Source: Candidatus Marinacidobacterales bacterium (GTDB taxonomy: Bacteria; Acidobacteriota; Vicinamibacteria; Marinacidobacterales; DATDRI01). Taken from it: DNA of 64,000 bases. The notes below the pieces were generated by a model that was not told the DNA's origin, searched no databases, and saw nothing but the letters and a program-made list of their open reading frames with translations. A program made the translations under genes and the position numbers. This document shows positions 1-9,687 of the stretch, one piece after another (within the stretch, counting starts at the first letter, position 1; each line of letters opens with the position of its first letter). The stretch is from the NCBI GenBank assembly GCA_965219415.1, contig OZ244742.1, positions 416,001 through 480,000 on the forward strand, read 5' to 3'.

Positions 1-210
1 GACGGTGTCCAGATGAGTGCAGAGCACCACTTCCGGTGAACCGTTGGTGAGGGCGTAGACGTTGTGACGATCGGCCTCCACCTCCTGCATGGTGACGCGG
101 AAACCGCGCTGGCCCAAAGTTTTTTCCAGAAACCGGGCTACCTCGGCTTCGTCACCGGTCACCGACGGGATATCGATGAGCTCGCGGATGAAGGAGAACA
201 GCGAGCTCAT
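1..210 (-). CDS. M20 family metallopeptidase (ArgE/DapE-like), 5' part, truncated by window edge
   Basis: Manual translation from ATG at 210: MSSLFSFIRELIDIPSVTGDEAEVARFL...NVYA...VVLCTHLDTV, which has the M20 IPSxxGxE and HxDTV motifs. Confidence 0.85.
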   Translation of the reverse strand, partial: MSSLFSFIRELIDIPSVTGDEAEVARFLEKTLGQRGFRVTMQEVEADRHNVYALTNGSPEVVLCTHLDTV

Positions 211-300
211 TCTTCCAAAACCGGCAGGGGTACGGCAGAGGAATCGTTGGGGGTCGTTAAAACTCGCAACACGTGCTCATATTAGCACGCGCGGGCAACA

Positions 301-437
301 CTTAGTGCTCGCTCGCGGCCCTCGCTCCTCGCTCGCGGCCCTCGCTCCTCGCTCGGGCCTAAGAACCGGCCAGGTTCCCTTGCCCGCCTCGTTACGACTC
401 GGCAATTCCTCCTGGCCGGCCGCCCTTCGGGCGGCTA
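301..437. repeat. Structured REP/MITE-like intergenic element (module A) with 20-bp tandem repeat
   Basis: ctcgctcgcggccctcgctc x2.4 at 308-355; stem ggccagg/cctggcc at 368-417; hairpin gccgccc-ttc-gggcggc at 419-435; homologous copy at 32197-32360. Confidence 0.75.
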
Positions 438-788
438 CCTTTCTATCTCCGAAGCCAGCATCACCGTCCGGCCCTCGGGATCGGTCGTGGTGATCACACG
501 GTGCCCCCACGGCATCTCCTCGGGGGGACCGAAGAAACCGACACCCTTGGCGACCAACTTCGCGTAGACACGATCGACATCCTCGACCATGAAGTAGAGG
601 GTCGGCTCCTTGGGATGCGGCTGCTCGCCGAGCATTCCAGGATTCGGCGGCATGAACCCCAGGCTAGCGCCGCTCGCCGTCCGAACATACAGGTAGTTGA
701 GCTTGGGGTCATGGCGAAAGAGCTGAAAGCCGAGTATATCGGTGTAGAACTTTTTCACCTGATCGAGCCTGAAGGTCAAAAAGTCCAA
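435..788 (-). CDS. VOC/glyoxalase family protein
   Basis: FYTDILGF, LYFMVEDVDRVY and EMPWGHR..TDPEG motifs; start uncertain. Confidence 0.85.
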   Translation of the reverse strand: MDFLTFRLDQVKKFYTDILGFQLFRHDPKLNYLYVRTASGASLGFMPPNPGMLGEQPHPKEPTLYFMVEDVDRVYAKLVAKGVGFFGPPEEMPWGHRVITTTDPEGRTVMLASEIER

Positions 789-898
789 ATGCTGAGATTT
801 GAGACCAATCGCATTGGGTATCTTGACACCGCCCGATTAGCGACGAGCGGTCTTGGCCCGACAAGTCCAGAAATAGATGTTTCTGTCGGGCCCTGACT

Positions 899-1004
899 GG
901 CGCCAAAATGTCCAGTTGCTACTATCGGCCTGGCCAGGCGCCTCTCACACCGTGATCGGCGCCAAAATATCTCGTTGCTAGAATTCGGCCTGGCCAGGCG
1001 CCTC
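899..1004. repeat. Imperfect direct repeat (~46 bp x2, period 59) overlapping the amrS 3' end
   Basis: ggcgccaaaat..gttgcta..tcggcctggccaggcgcctc at 899-944 and 958-1004. Confidence 0.7.
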
Positions 1005-2057
1005 CCAAACGCCTGGCACGGCATGCCGGCAGCTCGGGCAGTTTCCACTCTGCAACGTGTTTTTGAGGATCGTGTAACCGACCCGCTCGATGACGAGCTT
1101 TTCGCATCCAGGACAGAACGTATTCTCCCACCGGCCGACATGACCGGGAAGATTGCCCGCATAGACGAAGGAGAGACCCTCCGAGGCGCCGATCTCAGCG
1201 GCGCGAAGTAGAATTTCGGTCGTCGTGTTGTCTGGCGCCGTCATCTTGTAGTCCTTGTGGAAGGCGGTGACGTGCCATGGAATATCGGGAGAGACGGAAG
1301 ACAGGAAGGATGCGATGTCTCGGAGCTCCTCGTCAGAATCGTTGAAGCCGGGGACGATCAGGGTGACGACCTCGACCCAGAACCCCATTCCTTTGGCTGA
1401 TTCGATCGTTTCCAAAACGTTACTTAGAACGCCCCCCAACTTTCGATAGTTCTTTTCTCGGAAACCCTTGAGGTCTACTTTGAAAAGATCAACGTAAGGG
1501 TGAATGTACTTCAAGACTTCCGGCGTCCCGTTTCCGTTCGAGACGTAGGCGCAGCGGAATCCCTCTAGCCTGGCCCGCCGGAAAATGTCGATGGCCCACT
1601 CACTCGTGATCAAGGGTTCGTTGTAGGTGCTCGCCAGAGTGCTGGCACCGTAGCGCCGGGCCAAGCCAACCAGCTCCTCACCCGTACAACTCTTCGGAGC
1701 GGACACCGCGCGCGGATCGCGCAACGCTTGCGACGTGAGCCAATTTTGGCAATAGCTGCAGTGGAAGTCGCACCCCAACATGCCGAACGACAACGCGTCG
1801 GTCCCCGGCATAGCATGGAAGAATGGTTTCTTCTCGATTGGATCGCATTGCAGCGCTCCCACATAGCCCCAGGGAACCATCAGGACGCCGTCCTGGTTGG
1901 AGCGAACTTTGCAAATTCCGAGCCTGCCCTCGGGAATCAAACATCGGTGACCGCAGGAAAAGCAACGAACCCTATCGTCGGGGAGTTTCTCGTAGAGCTC
2001 ACCTTCCCGAGTTTGCTGGGAGAGGACCCCTGCGAGCGTAGAGTTTTCGGTGGTCAT
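978..2057 (-). CDS. amrS: AmmeMemoRadiSam system radical SAM enzyme
   Basis: N-terminal CxxCxxxC...C Zn motif, DPIEKKP, CDFHCSYC radical-SAM motif, TYNEP, C-terminal CPxC..CPxC. Confidence 0.9.
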   Translation of the reverse strand: MTTENSTLAGVLSQQTREGELYEKLPDDRVRCFSCGHRCLIPEGRLGICKVRSNQDGVLMVPWGYVGALQCDPIEKKPFFHAMPGTDALSFGMLGCDFHCSYCQNWLTSQALRDPRAVSAPKSCTGEELVGLARRYGASTLASTYNEPLITSEWAIDIFRRARLEGFRCAYVSNGNGTPEVLKYIHPYVDLFKVDLKGFREKNYRKLGGVLSNVLETIESAKGMGFWVEVVTLIVPGFNDSDEELRDIASFLSSVSPDIPWHVTAFHKDYKMTAPDNTTTEILLRAAEIGASEGLSFVYAGNLPGHVGRWENTFCPGCEKLVIERVGYTILKNTLQSGNCPSCRHAVPGVWEAPGQAEF

Positions 2058-2151
2058 GGAAGGTATCTATCGGGCGTCGGACTCATGATCGACTCTACAT
2101 CCGGTCCTCGATTCTCGCAACTTCTGGTAACCGCGAGGAGAGCGGAGGAGC

Positions 2152-3222
2152 CTACTCGGAGAGCGACTTCCAGAAGCGACTGTGCGTCTCGCGGATGGCT
2201 GCCATCAGAGGCTTAGCCTGCTTGTCGAACTTGGCTTGACTCGCTGGCTCGAAATTTTCCTCATCCCCGGAAAGGCCGGCCATGACCTGCAGTACCGAAA
2301 CCATCGACTGCTCGAGACCCGGCAGGTGATACCCTCCTTCCAGCGCGAACACCGCCTTCCCGCCACAGGTGGCGTTGGCGACGGCAAGGATCTCCCGGGT
2401 CAAGGCCGCGAAACCCCTCTCGGTAAGGCCCATGCTTCCCAACGGATCTTTGAAGTACGCGTCGAACCCGGCAGAGACCAACACCAATTGCGGCGCGTAC
2501 TCGCGTGCAACCGGCCCGATGATCGACCGGAAGATCGATACATACTCGGCATCGCCCATTCCCGCCGGCATGGGAGCATTGAGTGTGTAACCCTCCCCCG
2601 CATCCCTGCCAATTTCTTCGAGGGAGCCCGTGCCCGGATAGTGCGGCCACTGGTGAGTCGATACGTATAGGACCTCGGGTGACGTGTAAAACGCCTTTTG
2701 CGTTCCGTTTCCGTGGTGTAAATCGAAATCGACGATCAAGACCCTTTCTAAGTTCCGCGTGCGGATCGCATGCAGCGCCGCGATCGCGATGTTATTGAAA
2801 AGGCAAAAACCCATGGCCTTGTCCGGCTTGGCGTGGTGACCGGGTGGTCGCACTAGTGCGAAAGCGTTCTCCAACTCGTCAGCCATCACCGCATCCACAG
2901 CTGAGAGGACCCCTCCTACCGCAAGCAAGGCGGTGTCCGCTGATTCGGGCGACGTGACTGTGTCGTTGTCGAGGTAGGTCTGCTCTTTACCCCGCGTATC
3001 CATGACTTCGTCGAAGTGGCGCTCGGTGTGAACGAGGAGCACTTCCTCTCGCACTGCGACGCGAGGTTCAAGAGAGACCAATTTTTCCGCAAGGCTCGGT
3101 GCAGCCAACGCGCGGGCCGCTGCGTCCATGCGACTCGGGCTTTCGGGATGCCCATCGCCGGTTCGATGGTCTTTGAACCGAGGAGTGTAGACGACGCCGG
3201 TCGATCGCGAGGAGCTAATCAC
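2152..3222 (-). CDS. Histone deacetylase family (Zn-dependent deacylase)
   Basis: HPESP.R, RPPGHHA, GFCLFNN, DFDLHHGNGTQ, SAGFD, LEGGY motifs. Confidence 0.93.
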   Translation of the reverse strand: MISSSRSTGVVYTPRFKDHRTGDGHPESPSRMDAAARALAAPSLAEKLVSLEPRVAVREEVLLVHTERHFDEVMDTRGKEQTYLDNDTVTSPESADTALLAVGGVLSAVDAVMADELENAFALVRPPGHHAKPDKAMGFCLFNNIAIAALHAIRTRNLERVLIVDFDLHHGNGTQKAFYTSPEVLYVSTHQWPHYPGTGSLEEIGRDAGEGYTLNAPMPAGMGDAEYVSIFRSIIGPVAREYAPQLVLVSAGFDAYFKDPLGSMGLTERGFAALTREILAVANATCGGKAVFALEGGYHLPGLEQSMVSVLQVMAGLSGDEENFEPASQAKFDKQAKPLMAAIRETHSRFWKSLSE

Positions 3223-3234
3223 CGCCTCCGTTTC

Positions 3235-4485
3235 TCAATGCTTCCCCTCCTCGTATCGTTTCAAGAGCAAGGCGGCGTTCGTGCCGCCGAAGCCGAAAGA
3301 GTTGGAGAGTACGTATTGCAACTTCGCCGGCCGCGCTTTTCCGGGAACATAGTCTAAATCGCACTCCGGATCCGGTGTTTCGTAATTCCCCGTCGGCGGG
3401 ATGATCTGCTCCTTGATGGCAAGCGCCACGATCCCGACCTCCAAGCCCCCGGCCCCACCGAGGAGGTGACCGGTCATGGACTTTGTAGAGCTTACCGCCA
3501 ATCGATGAGCGTGTTCGCCGAACACTCTCTTGATCGCCATCGTTTCTGTGCGGTCGTTGTATGGAGTCGACGTACCGTGCGCGTTGATGTAGTCCACCTG
3601 GTCGGGTCGAACCTTGGCGTCTTCGAGAGCCCGCGCCATAACCCTCGTCGCGCCGGCGCCATCCTTTGAGGGTGCAGTAATATGGTACGCGTCGGAGCTC
3701 ATCCCGTAGCCGACTATCTCGGCGTAGATGTTTGCGCCACGGGAGAGCGCTCCTTCGAGGGTCTCGAGCACCACGACCCCCGCCCCTTCCCCCACCACGA
3801 ACCCATCTCTATCCTTATCGAACGGTCGGGATGCCTTTTCCGGTTCGTCGTTCCGCGTGGACAAGGCGCGCATGGCGGCGAAGCCACCAATGCCCATAGG
3901 GGTGATCGCAGCCTCAGCCCCACCGGCGATCATGGCATCCGCATCGCCCCGTCGAATGATCTCGACCGCGTCACCGATCGCGTGAGAGCTGGCCGAACAC
4001 GCCGTGGCGGTCGCGGAGTTCGGCCCTTTGGCGCCGAAACGGATCGATACTTGTCCAGCGGCCAAGTTGATAATGCAGGCTGGAATAAAAAATGGCGAGA
4101 TTTTGCGTGGCCCTCCCTCAAGCAGGTTTCGGTGCTCCCGCTCGATGGTTGCGAATCCACCGATACCAGAAGCAATGAAGACCCCCATTCGGTCGGCGTT
4201 TTCCGCGGTCACCTTCAAGCCGGAGTCCCCCATCGCGAACGTTGACGCCGCCAGCGCATACTGGATGAATACGTCCATCTTCTTTACTTCCTTCTTCTCG
4301 ATGTACTGAAGCGGGTCGAAATTCTTCACTTCGCCCGCGATACGACAGGAAAAGGCGGAAGCATCGAAATGGGACACCGGCCCGATGCCGTTCTTACCCT
4401 CCAGCAGGGCGGTCCAGGTCTCACGGGTACCGATGCCCACCGCAGACACTAGGCCCACCCCCGTTATCACGACCCGTCGCGTCAT
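3235..4485 (-). CDS. fabF: 3-oxoacyl-ACP synthase II
   Basis: RRVVITG, TAC, NAHGTST, GHLLG, NSFGFGG motifs. Confidence 0.97.
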   Translation of the reverse strand: MTRRVVITGVGLVSAVGIGTRETWTALLEGKNGIGPVSHFDASAFSCRIAGEVKNFDPLQYIEKKEVKKMDVFIQYALAASTFAMGDSGLKVTAENADRMGVFIASGIGGFATIEREHRNLLEGGPRKISPFFIPACIINLAAGQVSIRFGAKGPNSATATACSASSHAIGDAVEIIRRGDADAMIAGGAEAAITPMGIGGFAAMRALSTRNDEPEKASRPFDKDRDGFVVGEGAGVVVLETLEGALSRGANIYAEIVGYGMSSDAYHITAPSKDGAGATRVMARALEDAKVRPDQVDYINAHGTSTPYNDRTETMAIKRVFGEHAHRLAVSSTKSMTGHLLGGAGGLEVGIVALAIKEQIIPPTGNYETPDPECDLDYVPGKARPAKLQYVLSNSFGFGGTNAALLLKRYEEGKH

Positions 4486-4506
4486 GCCGAAGCTCCGGTC
4501 AATCTC

Positions 4507-4743
4507 TTACTTCTTGGCATGTCCTTCGATGTAAGTTACCGCTTCCTTGACTCGGGTGATCTTCTCCGCGTCCTCGTCCGGGATCTCGAGGCCGAACTCC
4601 TCCTCCAGGGCCATCACCAACTCCACTTGATCGAGAGAGTCGGCGCCTAAATCATCTACGAAGGATGCGTCCGGAATCACTTGCTCCTCCTCGACTCCCA
4701 ACTGATCTACGACAATGCTCTTCACTTTCTCTGGAATACTCAT
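4507..4743 (-). CDS. acpP: Acyl carrier protein
   Basis: DLGADSLD phosphopantetheine motif; AAGGAGG RBS. Confidence 0.97.
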   Translation of the reverse strand: MSIPEKVKSIVVDQLGVEEEQVIPDASFVDDLGADSLDQVELVMALEEEFGLEIPDEDAEKITRVKEAVTYIEGHAKK

Positions 4744-4771
4744 TCGATCCCCCTCCTTGAGATTAACGTTG

Positions 4772-4780
4772 ATTATAACA
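4772..4780 (-). promoter_or_regulatory. Extended -10 element upstream of acpP
   Basis: TGTTATAAT on the minus strand ~30 nt upstream of the acpP start. Confidence 0.5.
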
Positions 4781-4782
4781 AT

Positions 4783-5526
4783 CTACATATACAGGCCGCC
4801 GTTGACCTGCAAGACTTGACCCGTCAGGTAGCTGGCGCCCCCAGATACAAGAAAGGCTACGCATGCGGCGACGTCTTCTGGCTGCCCGATGCGCCCCAGC
4901 GGTATTGATGCCGAGAGCTCTTGCCTGACTTGGTCGGATAGATTCTCCGTCATATCGGTTGCAATAAAGCCGGGCGCCACCGCGTTGACCGTTATGTTTC
5001 GCGATGCCACCTCTCGCGCCAGCGAGCGGGTGAACCCGAGGATGGCCGCCTTGGACGCCGCATAGTTGGTCTGACCGGCATTGCCCATCAAACCGACCAC
5101 AGAGCTCATGTTCACGATCCGTCCGTATCGTTGACGAATCATCGGCCGCAAGGCGGCCTGGCAGCAATGATAAAGCCCGTTGAGGTTCGTGGCAATTACG
5201 GCGTTCCAATCCTCCGGCTTCATCCGAAGGAGAAGATTGTCCCGAGCGATGCCGGCATTGCTCACCAAGATGTCCAGTCGTTTTTGCTCCCCCAACATGG
5301 TCTCGAAACCGGCGTCCACCGCAGCTCGATCCGAAACGTCCATGGCGATACCTTGAACTCGACCACCATCAGCCGACAATTCCTCTGCGGCTTGGCGGGC
5401 TCGGCCTGCGTCACGTCCGGTCACGATCACGTGCGCCCCTTCTTCGGTGAGCCGCGCGGCGACCGACCGACCAATCCCCCGACTACCACCCGTCACCAGG
5501 GCTACTTTTCCTTCGAGCTCAGCCAC
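4783..5526 (-). CDS. fabG: 3-oxoacyl-ACP reductase
   Basis: TGGSRGIG, NAGI, YAASK motifs; fab operon context. Confidence 0.96.
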   Translation of the reverse strand: MAELEGKVALVTGGSRGIGRSVAARLTEEGAHVIVTGRDAGRARQAAEELSADGGRVQGIAMDVSDRAAVDAGFETMLGEQKRLDILVSNAGIARDNLLLRMKPEDWNAVIATNLNGLYHCCQAALRPMIRQRYGRIVNMSSVVGLMGNAGQTNYAASKAAILGFTRSLAREVASRNITVNAVAPGFIATDMTENLSDQVRQELSASIPLGRIGQPEDVAACVAFLVSGGASYLTGQVLQVNGGLYM

Positions 5527-6457
5527 CCGTCACCTCTGCCATCAGTTTCTCGACGCCGCTCGGGTCCTCCACAGACGCAACGCGCGCCTCTTTCGAGATC
5601 TTCCGCACCAACCCGGCAAGAACTTTTCCGGGGCCAACCTCCACGAACTGATCCACGCCTTCTTCCAACAAGGCGCGAACCGACTCCTCCCAGCGAACCG
5701 GGGAAACTACTTGCCTCGTCAGTGCATCTTGCACCTGTTCTACCGTGCGCACCGGCGCTGCGTCCACATTGGAGACCACGGGCACTCGCGGATCGGAAAA
5801 AGTAATCTTGGCAAAATCTTGTTCCAGACGGTCCTGAGCCGGTCTCATCAGTTGACAGTGAAAGGGAGCGCTTACCGGAAGCGGAACAACCCGCCTTGCG
5901 CCTCGTCCTTTTGCCGCTTCCGCGGTGCGGTTCACCGCATTGGTATGGCCGGCAATGACGATCTGTCCCGGTCCGTTGAGGTTCGCGGGCTCGACAACTT
6001 CCCCTTCCGCCACTTCTTTACAAAGCGCCTCGACCTCGCCCAAGCCCAGACCGAGGATCGCAGCCATCGCTCCTGCGCCAACCGGCACCGCCTCTTGCAT
6101 GTAGCGCCCCCGGTTGCGCACCAGCACCACGGCATCTTCGAGCCGGAGACTCCCTGCCGCCACTAACGCCGAGTATTCGCCCAGACTGTGCCCGGCCACG
6201 AAGTTGGGCTCGATGCCCTGTGCTTCCAATATGCGATACAGTGCGGTGCTGGTGGTGAGAATTGCAGGCTGCGTGTTTTCGGTAAGCTTCAACTCATCGG
6301 CCGGCCCACCGAAGCAAAGCTTGGAAAGGGAGAAGCCCAACGACGCATCGGCCGACTCGAAAGTCTCGCGCGCTTCACGATGTGCTTCTACCGCCGCTAG
6401 GCCCATTCCCACCTGCTGTGAGCCTTGCCCGGGAAAAATCAACGCCAGTTTGCTCAT
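5519..6457 (-). CDS. fabD: Malonyl-CoA:ACP transacylase
   Basis: FPGQGSQ, GHSLGEY, SAPFH motifs. Confidence 0.97.
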   Translation of the reverse strand: MSKLALIFPGQGSQQVGMGLAAVEAHREARETFESADASLGFSLSKLCFGGPADELKLTENTQPAILTTSTALYRILEAQGIEPNFVAGHSLGEYSALVAAGSLRLEDAVVLVRNRGRYMQEAVPVGAGAMAAILGLGLGEVEALCKEVAEGEVVEPANLNGPGQIVIAGHTNAVNRTAEAAKGRGARRVVPLPVSAPFHCQLMRPAQDRLEQDFAKITFSDPRVPVVSNVDAAPVRTVEQVQDALTRQVVSPVRWEESVRALLEEGVDQFVEVGPGKVLAGLVRKISKEARVASVEDPSGVEKLMAEVTGG

Positions 6458-7476
6458 ACCGCTCTCGTCTGCTGCCCCACCCTCGCCAGTTCCCGAACTC
6501 CCTCATTGATCCGGTCGTTGCTCCCGCGACTGATGAAATCGTGGGCCACCCGAATGGCACTCTTAATCGCCTTCGAAGAGCTTCTTCCGTGGCAAATAAT
6601 GGCAACCGCATTGAGACCAAGAAGGGGTGCGCCCCCATACTCCCCATAGTCGACACGTTTCTTGAAACGGGCGAAGGCGGTTCGCGAGGCGAACGCTGCA
6701 AGACGCGAAAAAACAGTGCGAGTCATTTCTTGCCGAATCATCAAACTCAGTGCTTCCGCCGCCGCCTCGCTGACCTTGAGCGCCACGTTGCCGGTGAAAC
6801 CGTCGGTCACGATGACGTCCGCATCCCCGTTAAAGACGTGCCGGCCTTCGACGTTGCCGATGAAGTTAATGAGTCGGCTCTGCTTCAGCACGCGGTGCGC
6901 CTCGCGAGTCAGCTCGTTTCCTTTCAAGTCTTCCTCTCCGATCGACATCAGACCGACTCGGGGGTTGTCGATCTCCAGGACCGCCTTGGCGTAGACGTGG
7001 CCCATTACCGCGAACTGCACTAGGTGCTCGGGCCGGCATTCAACGTTGGCGCCGGCATCGAGAAGGACCGACACTCCGGTAGCGCTCGGCAAAACGGTCG
7101 CCAAGGCCGGACGATCGACTCCATCCAGACATCCCCACATCAATTTGGCGGTCGCCATGGAGGCGCCGGTGTTCCCGGCAGAGACAAAGCCCGCTGCCCG
7201 GCCTTCTTTCACCATTTCCGCCGCAACTCGAATCGAAGATTGCTTCTTCTTTCGAGTCGGGGTGAGGGCGGGCTCGTCCATCGCCACGACCTCCCGCGCA
7301 TCCACGATTTCGATGCCGTTGGCGTTCCGTCCGAGCTCCCGGTGCAGTTCGGCCTCGCGGCCCACCAGCGCTAGGGAGACGCCGTACTCCCGCCGTGCGG
7401 CAATAGCTCCTTGCACGACGTTGCGCGGCGCGAAGTCGCCCCCCATCGCATCCACGGCGATCGTCCAGTTTGTCAC
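6454..7476 (-). CDS. plsX: Phosphate acyltransferase
   Basis: IAVDAMGGDFAP, SAGNTGA, DGFTGNVALK motifs. Confidence 0.97.
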   Translation of the reverse strand: MTNWTIAVDAMGGDFAPRNVVQGAIAARREYGVSLALVGREAELHRELGRNANGIEIVDAREVVAMDEPALTPTRKKKQSSIRVAAEMVKEGRAAGFVSAGNTGASMATAKLMWGCLDGVDRPALATVLPSATGVSVLLDAGANVECRPEHLVQFAVMGHVYAKAVLEIDNPRVGLMSIGEEDLKGNELTREAHRVLKQSRLINFIGNVEGRHVFNGDADVIVTDGFTGNVALKVSEAAAEALSLMIRQEMTRTVFSRLAAFASRTAFARFKKRVDYGEYGGAPLLGLNAVAIICHGRSSSKAIKSAIRVAHDFISRGSNDRINEGVRELARVGQQTRAV

Positions 7477-7512
7477 GACGGGAAGCCGCCTCGCCCGGAA
7501 GAGCGGAGCGGC

Positions 7513-7695
7513 CTATGCTTCCTTGACCTCCATGACCGCGTTCCCTTTGTAGTAACCACAACTCGGGCACACCCGGTGGGGAGGTTTCGGCTGATGGCAG
7601 TTTGGGCACTCGGAAAGACTGCTGAGGGCGAGAGCATCGTGCGTCCGCCGCTTGTTGCGCCGACTCTTGGAGTGACGCCGTTTCGGATTCGGCAT
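7513..7695 (-). CDS. rpmF: 50S ribosomal protein L32
   Basis: MPNPKRRHSKSRRNKRR; CPNC..HRVCPSCGYY. Confidence 0.96.
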   Translation of the reverse strand: MPNPKRRHSKSRRNKRRTHDALALSSLSECPNCHQPKPPHRVCPSCGYYKGNAVMEVKEA

Positions 7696-7786
7696 TCCGG
7701 TAAACTCCTTTCGAGGCGAGTCAGGTTGTAAGAACCGCTCGCGTGTCTCTTCGGCCAAGGTGACGTTGGAGCCGCCCCGCCGGGCA

Positions 7787-8317
7787 CTACGACTTCAATA
7801 GCGTCTTGAGACTGGCCAGTCGTGGATCCACTGCCTCACGGGCGCAGTTGCAGGAAGACGAATTCAAGTTCGTCCCACATTTCGAGCACAGGCCCTGGCA
7901 GTCGTCACGGCAGATGGGTTTCATCGGGAGGGCCAGATAAATCTGCTCCCTTATCAAGAGGCCCACGTCGATCCTGTCATCCTGGTAGAAGCTGACGGCG
8001 AGGTCCTCATCCTTCAGCTCCCTGTCTTCGTCCTTACCAGGCGCGACATTCGCCGATGAGGGCAAGAACAGGAGGTCCAGAGGCTCAACCAAATCGAGCC
8101 GAAGCGGCTCCAAGCAGCGCACGCACGAGAGCTCCACCGTCGCGGTCAGCGAGCCTCCCAGCCGAAAGGCGACCTCGTCCACGCGCTCCAGTCGGCCCCC
8201 GACCGTAACGCGATCTACGAGCTGTAGCTCGGACTTTTCAAGAGACAACCGTTCGGCAGGAACCCCGAGGTTGACCTCTTGCCCTTCGTCTGGCACATGC
8301 GATAAGTCGATAAACAT
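7787..8317 (-). CDS. yceD: DUF177/YceD family protein
   Basis: CVRCL and LPMKPICRDDCQGLCSKCG..DPRLA motifs; directly upstream of rpmF. Confidence 0.92.
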   Translation of the reverse strand: MFIDLSHVPDEGQEVNLGVPAERLSLEKSELQLVDRVTVGGRLERVDEVAFRLGGSLTATVELSCVRCLEPLRLDLVEPLDLLFLPSSANVAPGKDEDRELKDEDLAVSFYQDDRIDVGLLIREQIYLALPMKPICRDDCQGLCSKCGTNLNSSSCNCAREAVDPRLASLKTLLKS

Positions 8318-8343
8318 AACAGCCCCTTAGGTTAAGCGCCGGC

Positions 8344-8371
8344 ATTATAGCACGGGGACCGAGGCTGTCAA
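8344..8371 (-). promoter_or_regulatory. sigma70 promoter of the yceD-rpmF-plsX-fab operon
   Basis: Minus strand TTGACA-16 nt-TATAAT with TGn extension. Confidence 0.8.
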
Positions 8372-8496
8372 GAAACCGCGGCACGGGCTAGACCCCGTAA
8401 GTGCCTGTCTTGCCTAAAAATACGTGGCCTCAGAAGCCGAAAGACGGAACGATACCGGAAAGACCACTCACATATCCGAAAATGTCTGGCCCGCCA

Positions 8497-9681
8497 TCAA
8501 CGGCTCGCCAGCAGATCCTGGAGGAAGCTCTTCCCCGCCGCGAGCAGGCCCACACCGTAGTTCTCGGCCAAGGTCTGCCCGAGATCCGCAAAGCTAGCCC
8601 GGATGCCCAAGTCGGCCCCTGCCCGCACCCTCTTGCCTGCGACCAACAACGGGACATATTCTCGAGAGTGATCGGTGGAGGGGGTAGTTGGATCACAGCC
8701 GTGGTCGGCGGTCAGGCACACGACGTCGTCCTCTCTCGCTCCCGCCATCAATTCCGGAAGGCTTTGATCTAGCTCCTCGAGTGCGCGGGCGAAGCCAGGG
8801 ACATCGTTCCGATGCCCATACTGTTGGTCGAAATCGACCAGGTTCGTAAAGATGAAATCGGCATCCGACTCTCTCATCGCCTTGATCGTCTCGGCGATTC
8901 CCTGCGCGTTACTCTCAGTGTGAACGGCATCCGAGACGCCGGAACCAGCGAACAGATCTTCGATCTTACCTACTCCGAACACGCCGAGGTCGTGTTCCGC
9001 CATTCGGTCGAGCAAGGTGGGGCGGGGGGCTTTGGGCACGAAGTCGCGTCGCCGTGGCGTCCTAGCGAACGAGCCTGCTTTGCCTCCGAGAAACGGACGA
9101 GCGATGATCCGCGCGACGCCGTGGCCCTTGACCACGAGGTCGAAGGCGATCTGGCACATCTTATAGAGCTCATCGATCGGAACTGTTTCCTCATGGGTTG
9201 CGATCTGAAAAACGCTGTCCGCCGACGTGTACACGATGGGCTTGCCGGTCCGCCGGTGCTCTTCACCCAGCTCTTGAATGATCACCGTTCCACTCGCAGC
9301 TCGATTTCCCAGTGTCTCACGACCGATCCGCTTTTCGAACTCGGCGATCAGCTCGTTCGGAAACCCTTCCGGATAGGTCCGAAAAGCCTTCTCGAGAATG
9401 ATACCGGCCATTTCCCAGTGCCCGGTCGTGCTGTCCTTACCCGGCGAGGCCGCGTTCATCTTGCCGAAAGCACCGCGGAGGGACTCGGGCGCCGGCAGTT
9501 CGGGCACGAGCTCGGCGAGCCCCAAGCTGGCTAGATAGGGAACGTTGAGGGTTTGAGAAGTGGCGATATGGGCGACGGTGTTCGTTCCTCGGTCACCGTA
9601 GTCGGCGGCATCGGGGAGCTCGCCCACTCCTACGCCGTCCATGACGAGTACTATGGCACGCGAGAAGGCTCTCCTGGTCAC
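8497..9681 (-). CDS. deoB: Phosphopentomutase
   Basis: DGVGVG.LPDA, GKDSTTGHWE, YTSADSV, NLVDFD..YGHR, TADHGCDPT..STDHSRE. Confidence 0.96.
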   Translation of the reverse strand: MTRRAFSRAIVLVMDGVGVGELPDAADYGDRGTNTVAHIATSQTLNVPYLASLGLAELVPELPAPESLRGAFGKMNAASPGKDSTTGHWEMAGIILEKAFRTYPEGFPNELIAEFEKRIGRETLGNRAASGTVIIQELGEEHRRTGKPIVYTSADSVFQIATHEETVPIDELYKMCQIAFDLVVKGHGVARIIARPFLGGKAGSFARTPRRRDFVPKAPRPTLLDRMAEHDLGVFGVGKIEDLFAGSGVSDAVHTESNAQGIAETIKAMRESDADFIFTNLVDFDQQYGHRNDVPGFARALEELDQSLPELMAGAREDDVVCLTADHGCDPTTPSTDHSREYVPLLVAGKRVRAGADLGIRASFADLGQTLAENYGVGLLAAGKSFLQDLLASR

Positions 9682-9687
9682 GCGCCT

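Noticed and set aside
1-210. M20 peptidase as YgeY of the selenium/purine cluster
   Set aside because: More than 50 kb from that cluster and only generic ArgE/DapE-like motifs are visible
308-355. Short tandem repeats as a CRISPR array (also 899-1004 and 51993-52042)
   Set aside because: Only two units each, no unique spacers of CRISPR length, and no cas genes
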